Assembly (NCBI GenBank): GCA_965219415.1
Contig: OZ244742.1
Location: 704,001 to 768,000 of the forward strand
Reading direction: 5' to 3'
DNA: 64,000 nucleotides
Origin: Candidatus Marinacidobacterales bacterium
GTDB lineage: Bacteria; Acidobacteriota; Vicinamibacteria; Marinacidobacterales; DATDRI01
Shown piece by piece: positions 29,668 to 39,362 of the stretch. The notes under the pieces were generated by a model. That model saw nothing but the letters and a program-made list of their open reading frames with translations, did no database searches and was not told where the DNA came from. Both the position numbers and the translations under genes were made by a program. Positions within the stretch are counted from its first letter, which is position 1. Each line of letters starts with the position of its first letter.

Positions 29668-30063
29668 TCATTTTGCCGGCACCGCCACAGTAAGTCGTAC
29701 CGGGCGCCAATCTGGCGACCTCCGGAGTTCGAGTGTCGCGTCGCCGCCCCCGGCTCCCTCGAGTATTGAATAGAACTGCGTCTCGGGATATCCGTGTCGG
29801 CCAACGAAGACATCACCGGCCCGAACCTCCGCCCGAAAAAACGGCCCGTTAGGTAGGACCCACGTCACGCCAAACATGCGTTCGCCGTCGGCTTCCACAT
29901 AGCCGGTTGCAAACCCCAAGTCGTCGCGCAGCTGGGGTCCAACCATGTCTCGCCAATACCAGGCGCGTACATCGTAGGAAAGACCAAGGGCAACCATCGT
30001 ACCCATTGCCGCGAGCGCTACCACGAGAACAACCAAATACCTCGTGCCTAACCTGAGGACCAA
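29668..30063 (-). CDS. cassette membrane-anchored PDZ-like protein
   Basis: TM helix then VTWVLPNGPFFRAEVRAGDV; TTG start after AAGGAG; bounded by GTTAGCC / GGCTAAC. Confidence 0.6.
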   Translation of the reverse strand: MVLRLGTRYLVVLVVALAAMGTMVALGLSYDVRAWYWRDMVGPQLRDDLGFATGYVEADGERMFGVTWVLPNGPFFRAEVRAGDVFVGRHGYPETQFYSILEGAGGGDATLELRRSPDWRPVRLTVAVPAK

Positions 30064-30078
30064 ATCAGCTCCTTGTGT

Positions 30079-30168
30079 GGCTAACATAAGGATTCTATCC
30101 GGAGCGCACGGGCAAGAAAAGTCGGAGTTGGCAGAGGGTGGCCGTGGTCCGGATAGAATCTGTTGAAC
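30079..30168 (-). other. attC site
   Basis: Minus strand GTTCAAC-A-GATTCTATCCGGA ... TCCGGATAGAATC-CTTAT-GTTAGCC, 13-bp perfect arm. Confidence 0.8.
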
Positions 30169-30397
30169 TATCCGCTGCGCGGCGGGAGTGTATGGGGATT
30201 GTATGGAATGGGCGAAGGTTGTTGGGGGGTGTGTTGGGGAATAAGGCCGGGGGCGAGGAGCCGAGCGGGGCTATAGGAGCGGGGGCGAAAGGGGCGATTG
30301 ATTTCATACAGGGGCGGCGAAGCTTGGAAAGGCTCGAGCGGGCAGAGCACTCGCGCTCGGGCGACAGGTCTCGAAGATTCAAAGGGCATAGTCCGCA

Positions 30398-31600
30398 CTA
30401 GGAGGAATCGAAGCTCCAGGACGCGATGGCCCGAGCAGGGCGAGCCATCACTCGGACGAGGAGGAGGCGTCCGAGTTTGCATTCGGGACAAAGCTCGAGT
30501 TCCTCGACCTGCTGCTGCAGCGTCCCATCCGTTTGTTTGAGCTCGGAAACGTCGTCGTTGACGGAACTGGACTTTGCTCCGTCCAGGAACTTTCGTGCCC
30601 GCGCAAGTTTTTCTGCTCGATGGCGGTTGGCGAGAAAACCGTAGTAGCGAACGCGGACGAAACCTTTGGGAAGCACATGGAGCAGAAACCGTCTCAGAAA
30701 CTCCACGGCGTCCAAGCTCATCGTGCGTTGGCGATTACCGTGGGCGTAGTCTTTCCAACGAAAGGCGACCTTTCCGTCTTCCACAGACACGAGCCTGTGG
30801 TTGGAGATCGCGACGCGGTGGGTATAGCGGGCGAGGTATTTGAGCACTTGCTTGGGACCGCCGAATGGAGGCTTGGCATAGACCACCCAGTCTTTGTCTC
30901 GAAGTGGCTGGAGCCAAGCTTCCCAGCGCTGGGGATACTCTAAATCGCGAAGGCCTCCGTGGAAAGCGAGCTGTTGCTGCTCCCAACCCCGTTGGAGTTG
31001 AGCTGTGAACTTGCCCCGGAAGAGCCGGCTCAAGACCCGGACGGGCAGAAAAAAACCGTCTCGGCAGCTCACCCACCGCTCGGCGTCGAGGCCGATGCCG
31101 CCGCCCGGAACAATGCAGTGCAGATGCAGATGCGCGTGTAGGTTCTGCCCCCAGGTGTGTAGAACCGCCATGCAGCCGATCTCGGCACCCAGATGCTTCG
31201 GGTCTCGAGCGAGCGTCAGTAGTGTCTCGGAAGCGGCACGGAACAACATCCCGTAAACGGCGCGACGATTCTGAAGCGCCATCGGAGCCAGCTCGCTTGG
31301 AAGCGTGAAGACGACGTGAAAGTACTCGACGTCGAGTAGCTCCTGCTCGCGTTGCTCCAGCCAATCCGCTCGAGCCGCCCCCTGACACTTCGGGCAATGC
31401 CGGTTACGGCACGAGTTGTAGACCGGTACCTCGTGAGCGCATCGGTCACACCGATTCAGATGGCCTCCCAGAGCGGCCGTCCGGCACTGAACCACCGCAT
31501 TGAGAACTTGCCATTGTTCTCGCGAAGGCCGGTAGCGCTTCAGATACGCTGCCCCGCACTCGCGGATGACATCGGCCACTTCCGGCCGATGTCCGCTCAC
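30398..31600 (-). CDS. IS91-family HUH/Y2 transposase with N-terminal zinc-binding domain
   Basis: CRTAALGGH, SCRNRHCPKC, HVVFTLP, HLHLHCIV (HUH), YLARY (Y2). Confidence 0.93.
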   Translation of the reverse strand: MSGHRPEVADVIRECGAAYLKRYRPSREQWQVLNAVVQCRTAALGGHLNRCDRCAHEVPVYNSCRNRHCPKCQGAARADWLEQREQELLDVEYFHVVFTLPSELAPMALQNRRAVYGMLFRAASETLLTLARDPKHLGAEIGCMAVLHTWGQNLHAHLHLHCIVPGGGIGLDAERWVSCRDGFFLPVRVLSRLFRGKFTAQLQRGWEQQQLAFHGGLRDLEYPQRWEAWLQPLRDKDWVVYAKPPFGGPKQVLKYLARYTHRVAISNHRLVSVEDGKVAFRWKDYAHGNRQRTMSLDAVEFLRRFLLHVLPKGFVRVRYYGFLANRHRAEKLARARKFLDGAKSSSVNDDVSELKQTDGTLQQQVEELELCPECKLGRLLLVRVMARPARAIASWSFDSS

Positions 31601-32460
31601 TTGAGCTCGTCGGCCTCCGAAACGTTCTCGAGCAGATCCACCACTTCACGCTTCATCTGAGATGCCCCCGCCGCCACGTGAAGGTAGATCGCTGTCGTGT
31701 TCAGACTGCTGTGACCCAACCGTAGTTGGAGCGTCCGTAGATTCGTGCCCGCTTCCAACTGATGCGTCGCGTAGCAATGACGCATCGTCTGCGTCGTCAC
31801 CCGTTTTCTCAGTCCCGCCTTCAAGGCCGCTAAACGACAAGTCTTCTGGACAGGCGACGGCGTCACGGGAGTCTCCTGGCTCTCCGCTTCAAACAACCAC
31901 CTCTTTGGACGATACTCCCGCCAGTAATCACGCTGCTGCTCTACAAGCGTTGGCGTCAGCTCTACATAGCGATCCTTACGACCCTTTCCCTGCTTCACAC
32001 GGATCACCATCCGCTCGCTGTCGATGTCGCCCGCCCTCAGGTGCAATGCCTCTGACAGACGAAGCCCTGACGAGTACATGGTCTTCAGGATGGTCCGGTA
32101 CTTTAGATTCTTTACCTTGCAGAAAAAACGTCCCAGCTCTTTCGCGCTCAATACCTCGGGCAACCTCTGCTCCCTTTTCGCGTAAGGTATCTGCTCCACT
32201 GTGACCGCTCCTCCCAAGGTCACACAGTACAAAAAGCGCAATGCACAGACCGCCTGGTTGAACATCGACCAGGACGCTTTCCTCTCCTCCACCAGGAAAA
32301 GCTGGTATCTTCGAATGTGCTCGGCGCTCAACTTCTCCTGCGAGAGGCGAAAGTAATCCGCGAATCGCGCTACGTGGCTCACGTAGCACTCAATCGTTCG
32401 CTGGGAATAGTTGCGGATCCGGAGATCCTCGATCATCCGGGTTCGTAGTATGCTAGACAT
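31597..32460 (-). CDS. tyrosine recombinase with SAM-like N-terminal domain
   Basis: GLRLSE, GKGRKDR, QTMRH (HxxR His replaced by Gln), LGHSS, TTAIY. Confidence 0.9.
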   Translation of the reverse strand: MSSILRTRMIEDLRIRNYSQRTIECYVSHVARFADYFRLSQEKLSAEHIRRYQLFLVEERKASWSMFNQAVCALRFLYCVTLGGAVTVEQIPYAKREQRLPEVLSAKELGRFFCKVKNLKYRTILKTMYSSGLRLSEALHLRAGDIDSERMVIRVKQGKGRKDRYVELTPTLVEQQRDYWREYRPKRWLFEAESQETPVTPSPVQKTCRLAALKAGLRKRVTTQTMRHCYATHQLEAGTNLRTLQLRLGHSSLNTTAIYLHVAAGASQMKREVVDLLENVSEADELK

Positions 32461-32587
32461 ACTTGGCTCCTTTCGTGAACGGGTTGATTCATTGGCTCGA
32501 ACACCCTAGTTCACGAGGGGAGCCTTTTGCATGTCCTTACGCAAACGACTCGGTTGGTGGCGTAAAAGACTACCGCGAAGCGGTTTA

Positions 32588-32640
32588 GTTCAACAGTTAT
32601 TGGAAGGTTCCATCGATCACTTGCCTTATAGCACGTGTAC
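32588..32640 (-). promoter_or_regulatory. putative attI and cassette promoter
   Basis: Minus strand CCAATAACT-GTTGAAC with no attC hairpin upstream; extended -10-like TGCTATAAG at 32625-32633. Confidence 0.4.
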
Positions 32641-32829
32641 AAAGCGGGTGCGACTTTCTAATCGGGTCGGTGGGAGGTTTTCAAGTGACTCCAGGTGACT
32701 TGTTTGCAATGGATTGTAGCGTGGGGTGAGTGATGGCCGGAGCTGTTATCGGGCGGAGGGCGGCTTTATAAGAGGATAAAGGGTTGCCAACATGAACCGC
32801 TGCGGCCCCGTTGGCTCCATTCCCTGACC

Positions 32830-33805
32830 TCAATCCATCCTGTCGAGGGGGCTGCGGACGCCACGGCCGCCTCGGTTCACGACGTGGCAATAGATCATGG
32901 TCACGCTGACGTCCTTGTGGCCAAGCAGCTCTTGAATGGTACGGATATCGTAGCCGTCCTCGAGCAGATGGGTTGCGAAGGAATGCCGAAGGGTGTGGCA
33001 GGCCGCGGGCTTCGGAATCCTGGCCTCTCGCACAGCCTGGCGAACCGCCCGCTGGACGACGGTTTCATGAAGATGATGGCGTCTTCGTTCGCCGGATTCG
33101 CGGTCCGTGTATATCCTCGTTGCGGGAAAGACCCATTGCCAACCCCAGTCGAAAGTAGCTTGCGGGTATTTGCGGCCAAGCGCGTACGGGAGCTGTACTG
33201 CCCCCGCTTTCGCCTTCAGGTCCCGTTCATGCAGCCGGCGGGCGCGATCCAGGTGCTCCTTTAGAGCCTTGATCAGTCTAGCGGGCAAAACGGTCATGCG
33301 ATCCTTCTGGCCTTTACCGTCTCGCACGGTAATTTCTCGACGTTGGAAGTCGATATCTTTGACGCGCAGGCGACAGCATTCGAGCACCCGCAGACCCGCT
33401 CCGTACATCAAAGAAGCCATGAGCCACGGGGCACCGCGGAGACGCCCAAGGATGGCCTCTACCTCCCGGCTAGAGAGCACGACAGGCCGACGCGCGGGGC
33501 GTTTGGCGCGGGCTATCTCTATCAAAGTTCAGCTCTCGGCGGAGCACGTTGCGGTACAAGAAAAGGATCGCCGCGAGCGCCTGACCCTGGGTCGATGCGC
33601 TGAGCTTGCGCCTGGTGGCCAAGTACGTAACGTAGGCTGAGATTTCCGACTCCCCCATCCGGTCCGGGTGACGCATGTCGTAGAAGCTGATGAAGCGTCT
33701 GATCCAGGAGACGTAGGCCTTTTCGGTCCGGCGGCTATAGTGGCGGACCCGAACGGCAGACCGAACCCGGTCGAGTAGCTTCGGCGATTGAGAACGAGTC
33801 TGGAT
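32830..33805 (-). pseudogene. intI: integron integrase, one frameshift near 33525
   Basis: RHYSRRTEKAY, SASTQGQALAA; GLRVLEC, IntI-specific insert WQWVFPA...[30 protein letters not shown]. Confidence 0.92.
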
Positions 33806-33862
33806 GGTGCCCCTCCCCTATTACTGTGACGAAATAGGAGCGGGCAACCCTCCCTCGAAAGA

Positions 33863-34906
33863 CTATGCCTGCATAACCTGGCCGATGGCTTCGCAGGCGG
33901 TGAGGCAATCCTTCCGTGAAACGTCGTGGTGGGTGAGCATGCGGACATGGGACTCATCGACGATGTTGCCGAGGACCCCACGTTTCTTCAGAGCCGCGAG
34001 AAGCTTGTTGGTGCTCATGTCGGGGCGGGTAATCTCGAAGATGACGACGTTGGTCCGCACGTTGGTGGCGTCGATCTCGATCCCATCGATGCCGCTGAGC
34101 TCATCGGCGATCACGCGGGCGTTCTCGTGATCCTCTCCCAAGCGGGAGGTCATCTCGTCGAGAGCGATGATGCCGGGGGCAGCTAGCACGCCCGCCTGTC
34201 TCATGCCTCCGCCGAGGAGCCTTCGTATGCCACGAGCTTTTTCTATGAAGTCACGGTCACCGCAGAGGAGTGAGCCGACCGGGGCGCAGAGTCCCTTGGA
34301 AAGGCAGAACATCACGGAATCGAATCCCTGGGCCAGGTCCTTGGCCTCACAAGCGAGGGCGGTCGCGGCGTTGAAGATGCGGGCGCCGTCGAGGTGAACG
34401 GGGATGCCTCGCTCGTGGACGAAGTCGATGATCTCTCTGCTTCGCTCGATCGAGCACACGGCTCCGCCCGCGTAGTTGAGGGTGTTCTCGACCGTAACGA
34501 GTCCCGTTCGAGCCCGGTTGTACAACTTCGGGCGGATAGCCTTGCGGATCGATTCCACATCTAGAATGCCTTCTTTCCCGCGAATGGTTCGAGCGAGAGT
34601 TCCCGAGAACACCGCCATGCCCCCCATCTCGAAGTTGAAGATGTGGCTGCGCTCTTCGGTGATGACGTCTTGACCCGGCTCGGTATGGAGGCGGATGGCT
34701 ATCTGATTGCCCATCGTTCCGGTGGGAACGAAAAGTGCCGCCTCCTTGCCGATGAGCGCTGCGGCCTTTTCCTGAAGCCGGTTGACGGTCGGGTCGTCAC
34801 CGAAATTGTCGTCCCCCACCACCGCCTCGGCCATCGCTTTTCGCATCGCCGGTGTCGGCCGGGTGACGGTGTCGCTGCGAAGGTCGATAAAACTCGGTTC
34901 GCTCAT
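33863..34906 (-). CDS. ltaE: low-specificity L-threonine aldolase
   Basis: [41 protein letters not shown]. Confidence 0.95.
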   Translation of the reverse strand: MSEPSFIDLRSDTVTRPTPAMRKAMAEAVVGDDNFGDDPTVNRLQEKAAALIGKEAALFVPTGTMGNQIAIRLHTEPGQDVITEERSHIFNFEMGGMAVFSGTLARTIRGKEGILDVESIRKAIRPKLYNRARTGLVTVENTLNYAGGAVCSIERSREIIDFVHERGIPVHLDGARIFNAATALACEAKDLAQGFDSVMFCLSKGLCAPVGSLLCGDRDFIEKARGIRRLLGGGMRQAGVLAAPGIIALDEMTSRLGEDHENARVIADELSGIDGIEIDATNVRTNVVIFEITRPDMSTNKLLAALKKRGVLGNIVDESHVRMLTHHDVSRKDCLTACEAIGQVMQA

Positions 34907-36054
34907 AGGAACACTTCGAACACCTCGTTCGAAACGAGAAAACCTCTCTCGGTGAGCTTCAGAACTTCGTCCGTCACATGAACCAGGCCTAGATCTACGT
35001 AGGGCTGGAGCTTCTCACCGTACCTCTCCATGACCGAGACGCCGTACCTTTTTTTCACTTCTCGCAACGAGACGCCCTGCGCCCGTCGGAGTCCGGTGAA
35101 GAGATGCTCCGCGGCTCGCCTGCCGGCGTTGAAAAGCTCCCTAGTTTCGACCGCACTTCCCAATTGGTCCATCTTTTCGACGTAGCGTGCGGGGCTCCTC
35201 ACATTCCAGAATCGCGAGCCCCCCAAGTACGAATGCGCGGAAGCGCCGAAGCCGAGGTAAGGGCGATCGGTCCAGTACTTCAAGTTGTGTCGACTTTCGA
35301 AGCCAGGTTGCGCGAAGTTCGAAATCTCGTAGTGTTCGAGGCCCAAAGAACCGAGCCCGTCGCGGGCGCGGCAGTAGGAGTCCAATGTGTTCTCGTCGCT
35401 CGGCAGCTCGACGTGGCCGCGGCTCTCTTCCTTCGCCATAGGCACGTCGCTGGCGAGCTCTAGGATGTAGACCGACGCGTGCTCGGGTCGAAGGTCGTCG
35501 AGCCCCTCGAAGTCTTTCTCCGGGATCTCTCCCGGCAAACCGACCATGAGATCCAAATTGACGTTAGCAAAACCAGCTGCGCGGGCGTCGCGAAATGTCT
35601 GTCTAATCTCGTCGGCATCGTGCTGACGCCCGATGCGTTTCAGTACTTTGTCATTGAAGCTCTGTCCGCCGACCGACAAGCGGTTCACGCCGACCGCCAC
35701 GTAGCCGGCAAAGGTATTCCGCTCTGCGGTCCCAGGATCGAGCTCCAAGGAAACCTCGGGATCGGCCGAGACCTGGAATCGCCAATGAACCGCTTCGAGA
35801 ATCTCTCGAATCTGTTCGGACCTCAGGACCGACGGTGTCCCGCCCCCGAAGTAGATGGAGTCGACGCGAAGAGTGTCCTTTCTTCCCTTCGCCTCCGGGG
35901 GGCGGTAACCGACGATCTCCCGTTTGAGAGCTCGAAGGTATTCCGTCTCGGATTCTTGTTGGCGCGGTGCGGTGGCAAAGTTACAGAAAGGACAAATGGA
36001 GCGACAAAACGGAATGTGGATATAGATTCCGACCGGTTCAGATACTTTCGACAT
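34903..36054 (-). CDS. hemW: radical SAM heme chaperone HemW (HemN-like)
   Basis: YIHIPFC...[25 protein letters not shown]. Confidence 0.93.
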   Translation of the reverse strand: MSKVSEPVGIYIHIPFCRSICPFCNFATAPRQQESETEYLRALKREIVGYRPPEAKGRKDTLRVDSIYFGGGTPSVLRSEQIREILEAVHWRFQVSADPEVSLELDPGTAERNTFAGYVAVGVNRLSVGGQSFNDKVLKRIGRQHDADEIRQTFRDARAAGFANVNLDLMVGLPGEIPEKDFEGLDDLRPEHASVYILELASDVPMAKEESRGHVELPSDENTLDSYCRARDGLGSLGLEHYEISNFAQPGFESRHNLKYWTDRPYLGFGASAHSYLGGSRFWNVRSPARYVEKMDQLGSAVETRELFNAGRRAAEHLFTGLRRAQGVSLREVKKRYGVSVMERYGEKLQPYVDLGLVHVTDEVLKLTERGFLVSNEVFEVFL

Positions 36055-36781
36055 CGGCCTCTTTCACCCATCCGGTGAGGCCGTTGGGAAGTCGAACCTG
36101 GAGCCAGTCCTCTCGCTCACCGAGGACCGTGAGTTTGAGTCCCTCGTGAATCTCCGCCAGCTGAGGGTTGGTGTCCCCGGGGCCACTTCGAACATCCAAG
36201 ACTTGAGCCATCACGATCCCCTCCTCCCGTTCGCCGGACGATTGAACCTTGGCGATAAGCACGGTTACAGAGAGTAGCCCCACTGCCCCCACGGTCGCAA
36301 GCGTATAGATCGCGGGAGTACGGAGTTGGGGCCGAATGTCGAGAAGCAGAATCGAAACCGCGGCGCCGCCGATTAGAAAGGAGAGACTGAGCAGAACCGC
36401 CAGGAAACTCGGGTCGAGTGAGTGGTAAAGGTCCACCACCCAGGCAACGTAGGCAGGCATGGGCGGCCTTTGTACGACGTCGACGATGAGCTCGTTGGCG
36501 AACTCGAGGTTGGCCCGGGTGTCTTGGTCGCCGGGCATCTGATCGAGGGCACGCTCGTAATTGAGGATGGCAAGCCCCAACCGACCGCTCTTGAAATACG
36601 CGTTACCCAGGTTGTAGCAGAGCGCTCCGTCGACCACGCCCTGCGAGCGAAGCGCTTCGTATTGCTCGACCGCTTGGTCATACTCACCTTCGCGGTAGAG
36701 TTCCTCGCCACGCTCGAACACCTCTTGAGGGGAGACGAACTGCGCCTGAAGGAGGAAGGCAACGAGGAACCAGGAAGTCAT
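36038..36781 (-). CDS. batE: BatE-like TPR + SH3 membrane protein
   Basis: YNLGNAYFK, AILNYERAL, VRSGPG...HEG..GWV; operon position. Confidence 0.8.
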   Translation of the reverse strand: MTSWFLVAFLLQAQFVSPQEVFERGEELYREGEYDQAVEQYEALRSQGVVDGALCYNLGNAYFKSGRLGLAILNYERALDQMPGDQDTRANLEFANELIVDVVQRPPMPAYVAWVVDLYHSLDPSFLAVLLSLSFLIGGAAVSILLLDIRPQLRTPAIYTLATVGAVGLLSVTVLIAKVQSSGEREEGIVMAQVLDVRSGPGDTNPQLAEIHEGLKLTVLGEREDWLQVRLPNGLTGWVKEADVESI

Positions 36782-38619
36782 TCGTGATACTTGTCGAGGG
36801 ATACGATGGCTTGCTCGGCTCGCGCGAGGAGCTCTTCCATCTCTTGGCGGGTTCTGTCTCCGGGCGTGAATCGCGCGAACTCGCAGGCTTCGATGATCTT
36901 TAGAAACTCGACACGCGCCGACTCGGGGACTTGCCGCCCCGTCAACAGCGATTCGATCTGCTGCGTGGTTAGGCCCGAATGGCTGACCTCGTTCTTGTCG
37001 GCCACGTAACGGAATAAGGCCGCGGCCACCACCTCATAGAACTCCTTCGCCTCGCCGTGTGTCTTTGTCGCGGCTTGCTTGAGCCGCCCATGGGCTTCCT
37101 TCCGAGCTCGGCGTAGACGCCAGAGCCCAACTTGAGAAGCCTCGCTCTCTCGCTTCAAACGGTAGGCCACCAGGCCGAGATTCCAAAACATGGGAAGCGC
37201 GAGGGTGGCATAGAACAAACCGCTCCGGTAAAACGGTGCCTTCGCAACACCGAGCTCCTTGGGCGCCGGCTTGAGGTAACGAACATCCCGCCTCAGGAGC
37301 TTCACTTCCGAACGGGGAGCCACAATGGGAGCTCCGGCAATCGCCGTCGCTCCTCCGACATTGAGGGTCAGCGGGCCGGCCTTGGCGGTCACATAGCTCT
37401 TCTTCGCCGGGTCGAAGTAAGACAAGCTCAGCGGGCCGAGCTTGTACTTGCCCGGAGCGCTCGGGACGAGTACGAACTCCCAGCGCTTTTCCCCTCCGAA
37501 GCCGGACCCACCGGCCTCGAACTTCTCTTCGGTTTTGGGATCGTAGGTTCGAAAGCTGTCCGGGGTCGGAAGGTCCGGGACCTCCACCGTCTTGAGATTC
37601 CCCTTCCCCTTTACGACCACTTCCACAGTCAGCGGTTCTCCCGCCGCGATGGATTCCTTGTCGAAGTCGACCAGCTCGAGGGCTACATCGAACTTCCCCA
37701 CCGCGCCTGAGAAATCTTGGGGTTTGCCGGCAGACGGAAGGGGTTTGACTTCGAGCGACACGGGCTTCGTAGCCCGGCGAACAGTGTCGCTCGTCCGGAA
37801 GAAGAACGAATCAAACGGATCGGAGGAGCCCCGAATCGTCATGGAAAAGGTCGCGGGCTCGATGGTCGTGGTGCCAACCTTGGTGGGAAAGAGGATGCTC
37901 TTCTTTATCTCGAAAACGTAGAACGTCTTTCCCTTGATTGTGGTTTCTTTCCACTCCGGCTCCTTGGGCATCTGGACTTCTTCGACCCAAAATCCGGTCA
38001 ACTTGGGCTGCTGATCCACTTCGAGGCCCATGATCGGCACTTGCGTGTAAAGCTTGTAGGTAAGGATGACCTGCTGGCCTACGTACGTAGCGGGTCGAGA
38101 GAGCGCGGCCTGGACGTAGACCTCGCCGGCGACTTTGGCGCGCCGCCTTTGCCGTGGAGGAGCGAACGCGTCGAAGGGATCAGACCGTCGGCCGCCCTGC
38201 CGCTGAACTGAGCCGGCGACGACTTCTACCTCGATGGGCTCGGTGAGGTATTTGGTTCCTTGATAGTCCACCGAGACACGATCGATGGTGTGTTTGCCCT
38301 CCGCCGACGGCACCAGGCGATACGTAATCGCTCGGGTGGCGGACATCCTTCCATTGATCCATTGGATGCTGGTCGATTGGGAGGATCCGCTCATGCGAAA
38401 CCCTTCGAGCTTGGGAAGCACTGGGGCGCTCGCCCGCCCGAGGCTGTCACCGAGTATGGAGACGGTGAACTGGAGATCGTCGTCCATCCCGATGCGGTTG
38501 GCGTTTACGGAAGCTTGGACGCGGAAGTCTTGAGCCGAAGCCTCCTGAGGTAGGAAGGTCAGTAGACAGAAAGCCACAAAGATGATGGCTCCTGCGAGTG
38601 GGCTGGCCGTCCTATTCAT
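36778..38619 (-). CDS. batD: BatD family protein
   Basis: SQSTSIQWING, YVGQQV, FSGAVG, CEFARF. Confidence 0.88.
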   Translation of the reverse strand: MNRTASPLAGAIIFVAFCLLTFLPQEASAQDFRVQASVNANRIGMDDDLQFTVSILGDSLGRASAPVLPKLEGFRMSGSSQSTSIQWINGRMSATRAITYRLVPSAEGKHTIDRVSVDYQGTKYLTEPIEVEVVAGSVQRQGGRRSDPFDAFAPPRQRRRAKVAGEVYVQAALSRPATYVGQQVILTYKLYTQVPIMGLEVDQQPKLTGFWVEEVQMPKEPEWKETTIKGKTFYVFEIKKSILFPTKVGTTTIEPATFSMTIRGSSDPFDSFFFRTSDTVRRATKPVSLEVKPLPSAGKPQDFSGAVGKFDVALELVDFDKESIAAGEPLTVEVVVKGKGNLKTVEVPDLPTPDSFRTYDPKTEEKFEAGGSGFGGEKRWEFVLVPSAPGKYKLGPLSLSYFDPAKKSYVTAKAGPLTLNVGGATAIAGAPIVAPRSEVKLLRRDVRYLKPAPKELGVAKAPFYRSGLFYATLALPMFWNLGLVAYRLKRESEASQVGLWRLRRARKEAHGRLKQAATKTHGEAKEFYEVVAAALFRYVADKNEVSHSGLTTQQIESLLTGRQVPESARVEFLKIIEACEFARFTPGDRTRQEMEELLARAEQAIVSLDKYHE

Positions 38620-38663
38620 TGGAAAACCGCACTATTTTAGCGCAACTCCAAACCGTCAACGCC

Positions 38664-39362
38664 TCACCAGTCCTTGCCGCTGGCCGATGCCTTGATTTGC
38701 TTGGTTTGCTGTTGCTTGCGTTGCTCCGCCTTCTCCATCTCGGCGAGGGCTGCCAGAATCCGCTCCGCCTCCTCCTTGCTCATCCCCTGAGGCTGGGCTT
38801 CGCCTCCCTGGTCGTTCGAATCCATCGCTTGATCCTTAGGCTGGGGCTGATTCTCAGGCTGTTCCTGGTTCTGTTGGTTCTGAGGCTGCGACTGACCTTG
38901 CTCGTTCTCGTCGCTTTCTCCGGAGTCCCCTCCCCCGTCTTGTTCCTGTTGTTGCTCCTCCTCCTTCTTCAAGGACAGCTCGAGGTTCTGCCGAGCTTCG
39001 ATGCCTTGGTCGTCGATCTTGAGGGCCTCTTTGTAAGCCGCGACCGCTTCGGGAAACTTCTCGCCCTTGTGATGGACGTTGCCCGCATTGAAGTGAGAAC
39101 GTCGTTGCACCTCTTCGGAACCGCTCTGCGCCGTCCGGTAGCCACCCAACGCCTTGTCCGTTTCCTCTTTTCGGTAGTGGACGTTGGCGATGTTGTACTG
39201 GATCTCGGACGCATCGGGAGACTCTTCCTGGGCCTGGGTGTAAGCGACGAGGGCCTCTTCCAGCTTTCCCTCTTCGTAAAGCTCCGCCCCTTCCCTGTTT
39301 TTCTTGTTGATGCTCGGCCCAAACAGTTGGAGCACGATGGCCGCAATCAACCACGTTCTCAT
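38664..39362 (-). CDS. batC: BatC-like TPR protein
   Basis: TPR repeats, Q/E-rich linker, EAERIL..., terminal KDW. Confidence 0.8.
   Translation of the reverse strand: MRTWLIAAIVLQLFGPSINKKNREGAELYEEGKLEEALVAYTQAQEESPDASEIQYNIANVHYRKEETDKALGGYRTAQSGSEEVQRRSHFNAGNVHHKGEKFPEAVAAYKEALKIDDQGIEARQNLELSLKKEEEQQQEQDGGGDSGESDENEQGQSQPQNQQNQEQPENQPQPKDQAMDSNDQGGEAQPQGMSKEEAERILAALAEMEKAEQRKQQQTKQIKASASGKDW

Larger units (their letters stand above)
30161..32595 (-). mobile_element. tyrosine recombinase plus IS91-like transposase module in cassette position 1
   Basis: Two coupled ORFs; terminal IRs TGTTGAACTATCCGCTGCGCGG / TGTTGAACTAAACCGCTTCGCGG. Confidence 0.8.
15129..33805 (-). mobile_element. chromosomal integron: intI plus cassette array, integrase co-oriented with and upstream of the cassettes
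   Basis: intI at 32830-33805; at least 7 attC sites; several cassettes bounded by complementary GTTRRRY / RYYYAAC pairs. Confidence 0.88.

Noticed and set aside
30079-30087. Start codon created across the cassette crossover (ATG-TTA-GCC)
   Set aside because: A TTG at 30063 with an AAGGAG RBS inside the cassette is the more plausible start.
15129-30168. CRISPR array
   Set aside because: The repeats vary in length, are kilobases apart and flank genes, which fits attC sites; no cas genes are present.
30398-33805. Prophage or ICE suggested by two tyrosine recombinases
   Set aside because: No phage structural or conjugation genes; the two recombinases are explained by intI and the IS91-like module.
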